The notes under the pieces were generated by a model that was not told where the DNA came from, ran no database searches, and was given only the letters and a program-made list of their open reading frames with translations. Positions 58,465 to 64,000 of a stretch of 64,000 bases of DNA are shown piece after piece. Position 1 is the stretch's first letter; every line of letters starts with the position of its first letter. The stretch is from the NCBI GenBank assembly GCA_945876185.1, contig CAMCMZ010000002.1:92203-156202 (forward strand), read 5' to 3'. A program made the translations under genes and the position numbers. The stretch comes from Candidatus Kuenenia stuttgartensis. Lineage in GTDB: Bacteria > Planctomycetota > UBA11346.

Positions 58465-59099
58465 GGCGCACTTTCGTGGTGGCTTGGCGCGGTCAGAAAT
58501 CCTGCCGCGATGGCGGCGGCCAGGTCAGCGGCGTCATCGCAATCGGCGAGCGTGGCTCCCTGACCGTGCGCCACCCCGGCGGCGTCGAGCCGTTGCCGGC
58601 TCGCTGCCAGGATGCGTTCCGTCGACCACGGCAGCGCGTCCTCGGCGATGACCGGCACCACGGCTCGATCCCGGCAGGCCACGCCCCAATAGCCGCCGTC
58701 CTGGGCCGGGCCGAAGGCGATGGGAAAATCCTGCAAAATGTCAGCCAGCTCTGCCAAGTGATCCAGGCGCAGGCCAGGGCAGTCGGTACCGATCACCACC
58801 GCCCGATCAGCCTCGGCGAAACCCCACGCGAAGGCGGCGGCGATACGCGAGCCCAGACCGCCCTCGGGCTGCGGCCGGCGCGGCAGATGCTCCAGCCCGG
58901 TGCCGGTCCAGGCCGAGTCGTCGCCGTGGGTGAGCAGCCGCACCGGCCCGCGCCAGCCCGCCTGCGCGCGCGCGACGATGGCCAGCAACTGGCGGTAGAC
59001 CGCGAGCGCTCCGGCGACGCCGATGCCAGCCGCCAACCTCGTCTTCACCCGGCCCAGCTCGGGTGCGCGTGCGAGGATGACCAGGGCGGCCTCACCCAT
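58461..59099 (-). CDS. TIGR04282/DUF2064 family (CofC-like) transferase
   Basis: ILARAPELGRVKTRLA, GLGSRI, VVIGTDCP, GPAQDGGYW, PWST, LADCD. Confidence 0.85.
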   Translation of the reverse strand: MGEAALVILARAPELGRVKTRLAAGIGVAGALAVYRQLLAIVARAQAGWRGPVRLLTHGDDSAWTGTGLEHLPRRPQPEGGLGSRIAAAFAWGFAEADRAVVIGTDCPGLRLDHLAELADILQDFPIAFGPAQDGGYWGVACRDRAVVPVIAEDALPWSTERILAASRQRLDAAGVAHGQGATLADCDDAADLAAAIAAGFLTAPSHHESAP

Positions 59100-60468
59100 G
59101 CGACACCGACGCGGAACAGGTGGTACTTCCCCGACAATGCCTGGCTTCGCTGGCCAGCAGCAGCATCGCCGGCCAGTGCGCCAGGACCGTCACCCACGGC
59201 GTTTCCGTCCAGCCGCCAACCTGGGCCATCCGGATGCCATGCAGCCAGTAGATGCCGGCGCTGGCCGTCCACACGGCCAAGGCCCAGGAATGCGTGAACG
59301 GCAGCAGCGCGACCAGGACCAGGAAATACCACGGATGCAGGGTCGGCAGGCAGATCAGCAGCAGCGCCAGCGACCAGGCGACCTTTTCGACCAGGATGGG
59401 CGATCCAGGCGGCGTCGCTGACCAGCGCCAGACCAGCCCCAAGCCAGCGACCAGGAGCAACCCCAGCACGACGCGCACCGCCTGCTCAACCCAGGCGGGC
59501 TCCACGAAGGCGCGCAGCAGCCAGCGCAGGCCGGGATCGAGCACGCCGTGGAAATGCCGATCGCCGCCAAAAGTGAGGAAGCTCGCGACCAGCCCCGATC
59601 CGGCAGCGGCAAACGGCAGGTAGGCGAGCACGGGCAGCAGCAGCACCAGCCACCAGCCGCGCCAGCGCCCGGCGTGCAGCACCGGCAGCAGGGCGACCAC
59701 CGCGAACGGCTTGGCGAGGCAGGCGAGCGCGGTCAGTCCGGCCGCGAGCCGATGGCGCACGCTGGCCGCAGCGTGGAGCGCCAGGAGCAGCAGCACGCAC
59801 ATGATCAGATCGTTGTGCGACTCGCCGCTGCCGAAGATCGCCAGGACCGGATTCCACGCGACGATCACGATGAGCGCGGGCGGTTGGCCCAGCCGCAGCA
59901 GCAGGGCGAGCGCCAAGGCGATGACCGCGAGCGAACCGAGCACGCCCGCGATCCGGAAACCGGCCTTGGCGGCGTGGCCCGGCAACGCCGGCGAAACGGC
60001 CGCCACCGCCGCCTGCGCGGCCAGCGTCACCGGCGGATAGATCGCGGTCATCTGCGGATGGTTGACCTCGGCCGCGACCTGCGGCGGAACGAGGATTGCG
60101 GCACGCGGATCCGCCGGCGGGATCGCATAGGGGTTCTGCCCGGCGAGGATCTGCCGGCCTTCGACCAGGTAGCGGTTCACATCGTCGGACTGGTACAGGC
60201 CGCACGCGACCACCTGCAATGCCACGCCGATGGCGAGAATCCAGTTCAGGCCATGCCGGTCGATCGGGCGCGAACGAATCCACCCATAGGCGAGCAGGCA
60301 GCATGCCCCCATGAGCAGTGAAAGACCCGCGAAAAGAATGGGTTCCTGCAACCAGGAGGCGTCGCGCCCCGCGAGCACGCCCAGGCTGGCGAGCGCGATC
60401 AACCCGAGCGGGATCAGCGGCCACCAGCCCCGGAACGACGACGCGGCGACCGCTCCCGCTGCGTTCAT
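59092..60468 (-). CDS. Polytopic GT-C glycosyltransferase (GT87-like)
   Basis: SDDVNRYL.EG, NPYA.PP, VNHP....IYPP, WNP, SHND, PTLHPWY. Confidence 0.75.
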   Translation of the reverse strand: MNAAGAVAASSFRGWWPLIPLGLIALASLGVLAGRDASWLQEPILFAGLSLLMGACCLLAYGWIRSRPIDRHGLNWILAIGVALQVVACGLYQSDDVNRYLVEGRQILAGQNPYAIPPADPRAAILVPPQVAAEVNHPQMTAIYPPVTLAAQAAVAAVSPALPGHAAKAGFRIAGVLGSLAVIALALALLLRLGQPPALIVIVAWNPVLAIFGSGESHNDLIMCVLLLLALHAAASVRHRLAAGLTALACLAKPFAVVALLPVLHAGRWRGWWLVLLLPVLAYLPFAAAGSGLVASFLTFGGDRHFHGVLDPGLRWLLRAFVEPAWVEQAVRVVLGLLLVAGLGLVWRWSATPPGSPILVEKVAWSLALLLICLPTLHPWYFLVLVALLPFTHSWALAVWTASAGIYWLHGIRMAQVGGWTETPWVTVLAHWPAMLLLASEARHCRGSTTCSASVSHG

Positions 60469-61373
60469 GGCTTCGCCGGGCGATCCTGCGGGTTGTGCTG
60501 GGCCCAGTAGGCGAAGCGGCGGACCTGCTTGAGCGTCAGCACGGAGCCGTCGGCCTGGACCCAACCGAGCAGGGTGTGCGGGGCCTGCGCCAGGACGGTC
60601 AGCCGATCCTCAAGCTTGCCGCGCCGGACGATCACGGTGATGGCGGCGACCTCGACCGGTTTCTGCGGATCACGGGCCGATTGCGCTGCCCCGCTGATCA
60701 CCGCCTGCATCGGCGAGGTATCGACCGCGCGCGCCTCGATCTGGCTCGGCACGACGCGCAGTTGCACCGGCGGCATCCCCGTCGCGACCCAGGCCCGCGC
60801 CCACCACCACAAGCTGTCGACGGGCAGTGCGTCCGTGCCGAGATCAAGGGGCTGCACCAGATCGCCGTGGCCGTCGAAATAGCTGCTCACCCGCAATGGG
60901 CCGCCGTTGACCCAGGATTTGCTCGCCGCGCCGCACCATTCGTGGCTGGTGATGAACCAACGCAGGGGTAGGCCGTCGGCCTGGCGCACGAGCTGGAACG
61001 AGGACTGGTCGTAGCGGTAGACGCCGGTCTGGAAGCTGCGCACCCAATGCAGTTTCAGCACCGGCACGATCGCCGCCCCGCCGGCGGATTTCACCCGGCG
61101 TTCGGGGTCCATGCCCTCGCGCACCGCGATCAGGGTGGCGCTGCCGGGATGCAGGTTCCCATAGCGGAACTGTTGCAGGTCATAGTCGGCGACCTCGGCC
61201 AGGCCGTCGTCCCAGCCAGTGGTCAGCCAGGGCGACGCCAGCGGTAGACCGCCCGGCTGACGATCCGGTGTGGCCAACGGTGCTGGCGGGGCGATCAGCG
61301 GCTGGGCGCGGGCGACCTCGCCCGCAAGGACGGGTGCGGCAACGATGAAGACGAGGGCGAGGGCGGATCTCAT
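60465..61373 (-). CDS. Secreted conserved hypothetical protein
   Basis: Signal peptide; WDDGLAEV..YDL.Q.RYG, F.TGVY.Y, EWCG, R.AYW. Confidence 0.7.
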   Translation of the reverse strand: MRSALALVFIVAAPVLAGEVARAQPLIAPPAPLATPDRQPGGLPLASPWLTTGWDDGLAEVADYDLQQFRYGNLHPGSATLIAVREGMDPERRVKSAGGAAIVPVLKLHWVRSFQTGVYRYDQSSFQLVRQADGLPLRWFITSHEWCGAASKSWVNGGPLRVSSYFDGHGDLVQPLDLGTDALPVDSLWWWARAWVATGMPPVQLRVVPSQIEARAVDTSPMQAVISGAAQSARDPQKPVEVAAITVIVRRGKLEDRLTVLAQAPHTLLGWVQADGSVLTLKQVRRFAYWAQHNPQDRPAKP

Positions 61374-62254
61374 GGTTTTCCTTGGCTGAGGTTGAGGCTG
61401 AGGTTCAGCGTCCAGTCGTAGGTGAAGAACTGAAGCGGTCGATCCCCCGCCAGGGCCTGGGCCACCGGACCGGCCGGCACCCGCGCGCGCAGGAATGTAC
61501 GCACGCTGCTGCCCGTATTGGCGGTGCCACTGGCCGCACTGGCGGTGCTATTTTCCATGCTGGCGGCGCCATGTGCCGCGCCGGTGGAGCCAGGGACAAA
61601 ATCCGCCGCGAACCAGTCCAGGATCGGATTGACCCGCAGGACGCCGTCCTCCAGGCGCAGGTGCTGGGCGTTGGTGGCAAAGTCCCGCGCTGCGGCTTCC
61701 AACTGCGACTCCAGCGTGGCGACAAGGTAGGGTCTGGCCGCCAAGGCCGGACACGATCGCGAGGCGCAGTTGAGCGCGAAATGGATGCGCGGATCCCCGA
61801 GTTTGCGCAGCACGTCGTGCTCGATCTCGTCGAGCGTGCGCCAGGCGCCGGCGACCCGGAAACGCCAGGATTTCCAGGCGCTGTCCTTGCCGAGGCCTGC
61901 CGAGGTGATGCTCCAGGCCGGCCAGCGGGTCGCGTCCTCGGGCAGTCGCGAGCGGACCAGTTCCAGGGTCAAGGCATTGTAGGCATTGATGAACAGCGCG
62001 AGGCGCGCCATGCGCTCAGTCGGCTCCACCGCTGTGGCGAGTTGAACGCGGTAGCGGTCGAGTCCGACATGGTCGCGACGCAGCTCGCCGTAGTCGACGC
62101 CATCCACCTTGACCACCCGCGCCAGCACCCCGGCCAGCAACGCATGCTCGGCATCCAGCGCCGGCGCGGCCACCGCCGGGGTGGGCACGTTCTCCACCGC
62201 GACGAGAGCAGTGGTCAGCAGGGCGAGCGCGGCGAGTTGCCGGAAGAAACTCAC
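61370..62254 (-). CDS. DUF547 domain protein (secreted)
   Basis: VDYG.L, LALFINAYNALT, TLDEIEH..LR, DPRIHFALNCASRSCP, YDWTLN. Confidence 0.88.
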   Translation of the reverse strand: MSFFRQLAALALLTTALVAVENVPTPAVAAPALDAEHALLAGVLARVVKVDGVDYGELRRDHVGLDRYRVQLATAVEPTERMARLALFINAYNALTLELVRSRLPEDATRWPAWSITSAGLGKDSAWKSWRFRVAGAWRTLDEIEHDVLRKLGDPRIHFALNCASRSCPALAARPYLVATLESQLEAAARDFATNAQHLRLEDGVLRVNPILDWFAADFVPGSTGAAHGAASMENSTASAASGTANTGSSVRTFLRARVPAGPVAQALAGDRPLQFFTYDWTLNLSLNLSQGKP

Positions 62255-63243
62255 CGCACCGCCACCGCGCCAGTGCAACTGGAGCCGCAGCCGGCGGTGC
62301 AGGCCAGGCAATGCGCCGCCATGGCCACCGGCGCGCCGACGAGCTGTCCCGGTTCGACATCCCACAGGTAACGCGCAGCTCCACCCAACGGCAAATCCTG
62401 GGCGAGATTGAAATCGCAATCGAACAAGCGGCCGTCGTGGTCAACGCTGAGCGTGGTCCGGCACATCAGGCCGGCGAGCGTCGCCGGGTTGTAGGCGTTG
62501 CGCAGGCGTTGCTCGTAGAGCTCGAGCTTGCCGGTCTGCTCCAGGAAGCGCCGGAAACGGGTGATCGGCACATTGGCCAGGCACCAGAGTCCGGTGAAGA
62601 CGATGCCCCAGTCTTCGCCCAGGCGACGGCGGTAGTCGGGCTCAAGATCCTCCTGCCGCGGCGGCAGGCCGGCGCCGCCGGGATTGTAGACCAGATGCAA
62701 CGGCAGGTCGGGGTCGCGGCCGTAGCCGACCGCGTTCAACTGGCGCAGGCCCTGGATGGAACGGTCATAGGTACCTTTTCCGCGTTGTTTATCGACGTTT
62801 TCCTGCAGGTAGCACGGCATGCTCGCGACGACGTGGACGCGATGGCGAGCCATGAAATCGGCGAGGTCTTCCTGGCCCGGCTCCTGCAGCACGGCCAGGT
62901 TGGAACGGTCGATGACCTCGGCGCCAATTTCCTTTGCGGCGACGACCAAGTCGCGAAAGCCAGCGATCAGTTCGGGCGCACCACCGGTCAGATCCACGAT
63001 GCGCGGCCGGAACTGCCGCATCCAGGCGATGACCCGGGCGCGCACCTCGGGCAGCATCTTCTCGCCGCGCTTTGGCCCAGCCTCGACGTGGCAGTGGGTG
63101 CAGGCGAGGTTGCAGAAGCGGCCCAGGTTGAGTTGCAGGGTCAGCAGTTCGTCGCGCCGAACGGGTTCGCCCCACGGCGGAGTCCAGGTCACCTGGGCCG
63201 AAGCAGGCGTGGCTGACGAAGTGGGGGACAACGGTGCGTTCAT
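62251..63243 (-). CDS. arsS: ArsS-type radical SAM protein (Cys form)
   Basis: LQLNLGRFCNLACTHCHVEAGP, DLTGGAPE, SMPCY...VDKQRG, DCDFN, HCLACTAGCGSSCTGA. Confidence 0.85.
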   Translation of the reverse strand: MNAPLSPTSSATPASAQVTWTPPWGEPVRRDELLTLQLNLGRFCNLACTHCHVEAGPKRGEKMLPEVRARVIAWMRQFRPRIVDLTGGAPELIAGFRDLVVAAKEIGAEVIDRSNLAVLQEPGQEDLADFMARHRVHVVASMPCYLQENVDKQRGKGTYDRSIQGLRQLNAVGYGRDPDLPLHLVYNPGGAGLPPRQEDLEPDYRRRLGEDWGIVFTGLWCLANVPITRFRRFLEQTGKLELYEQRLRNAYNPATLAGLMCRTTLSVDHDGRLFDCDFNLAQDLPLGGAARYLWDVEPGQLVGAPVAMAAHCLACTAGCGSSCTGAVAVR

Positions 63244-63435
63244 GGCGGTTGGTCGGGGCTGGAGGGAGGACCTTACACCGGGCACGACGCCGCGCCGGTA
63301 CGATCCCTGCGCTGGGGGATCTAGCAGGAGGCTGGGCCGGGACTACCGTCCGCGCCGCCAGAGCGAACAGATCGGGACGCCGCACCAGCCGGGGTCGCCG
63401 TCAGTTTCCAACGGAAAACCTGCGCCAGGACACCC

Positions 63436-64000
63436 GTGACCGCCATCGACGCCCGCGTCCCCCACATTCCTGCCGACGCGACCGCGATCAGGCTTGCGCC
63501 CGACGCCGCACCTGGCCGCCGCGATCTCGCCCGCGTGACCGCGATCATGCCTGCCCTCAATGAAGAAGGCTCGATCGCCGCCGTGGTGCGGAATCTGCTC
63601 GCCGCCGGCGTCGGCCGGGTCATCGTCGGCGACAACGGCAGCACCGATGCGACCGCTGCGGTCGCCCGCGCAGCCGGCGCCGTGGTGGTGCCCGCCCCCC
63701 GGCGCGGCTATGGATCTGCCTGCCTCGCCGCCCTGGCCGCCGTGGCCACGGATGCGGCAGCCGTGGTCTTCTGCGATGCTGATGGCGCCGACGACCTGGC
63801 GCGACTCGATGCGATCTGCGGCCCGGTGCTGCGCGGCGAAGCGGATCTGGTCATCGGCAGCCGAGCCCTGGGCCGCGCCGAACCCGGCGCCCTCACCCCG
63901 CCGCAACGCGCCGGCAACCTCGTCGCGACCCTGCTGCTGCGCCTGCTCTTCTGGCAGCGCGTCACCGACCTCGGCCCGTTCCGCTGCGTCTCGACCGCCG
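63436..64000 (+). CDS. GT2 glycosyltransferase, runs off the right edge
   Basis: Manual translation: IMPALNEEGSI, IVGDNGSTDAT, RGYGSAC, VFCDADGADD, DLVIGSR, TDLGPFR. Confidence 0.88.
   Translation, partial: MTAIDARVPHIPADATAIRLAPDAAPGRRDLARVTAIMPALNEEGSIAAVVRNLLAAGVGRVIVGDNGSTDATAAVARAAGAVVVPAPRRGYGSACLAALAAVATDAAAVVFCDADGADDLARLDAICGPVLRGEADLVIGSRALGRAEPGALTPPQRAGNLVATLLLRLLFWQRVTDLGPFRCVSTA

Noticed and set aside
62251-62300. Selenocysteine readthrough in ArsS
   Set aside because: The C-terminal GSSC position is a TGC codon, and the TGA follows a complete C-terminus and overlaps the next start.

Overview
High-GC bacterial chromosome segment. Gene content (paired PQQ-like beta-propellers, DUF5703-type hydrolase, PVC-type pilus/secretin locus) suggests Planctomycetota or another PVC lineage, which is an inference. 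The main feature is a ~16.7 kb, largely translationally coupled minus-strand operon (1028-17696) that looks like an uncharacterised aromatic-metabolite or cofactor pathway without PKS/NRPS. It encodes two secreted beta-propeller proteins, a small membrane protein plus SSS symporter, an EhpF/GriC-like adenylating enzyme, a GriD/LuxC-like reductase, an Fe-ADH, a HemN-like class C radical SAM enzyme, a chorismate-lyase-like protein, a flavin-dependent halogenase-like enzyme, a thioesterase, a DMT transporter, a PaaK-like CoA ligase and a secreted ConA-like protein. The rest of the window holds a vapBC-type TA pair, menA-menC-menE, carbohydrate enzymes (one apparently frameshifted), an ALDH lacking its catalytic residues, housekeeping genes (dusB, gph-like HAD, aat, prlC, gcvT, metG, rpe, dgt), a secretin/PilMN/PilO-like pilus assembly locus, and an ArsS radical SAM/glycosyltransferase cluster at the right end. 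Three distinct REP-like palindromic repeat families are present. No rRNA, tRNA, CRISPR array or transposase was recognised. All family calls come from reading motifs; no searches were run.
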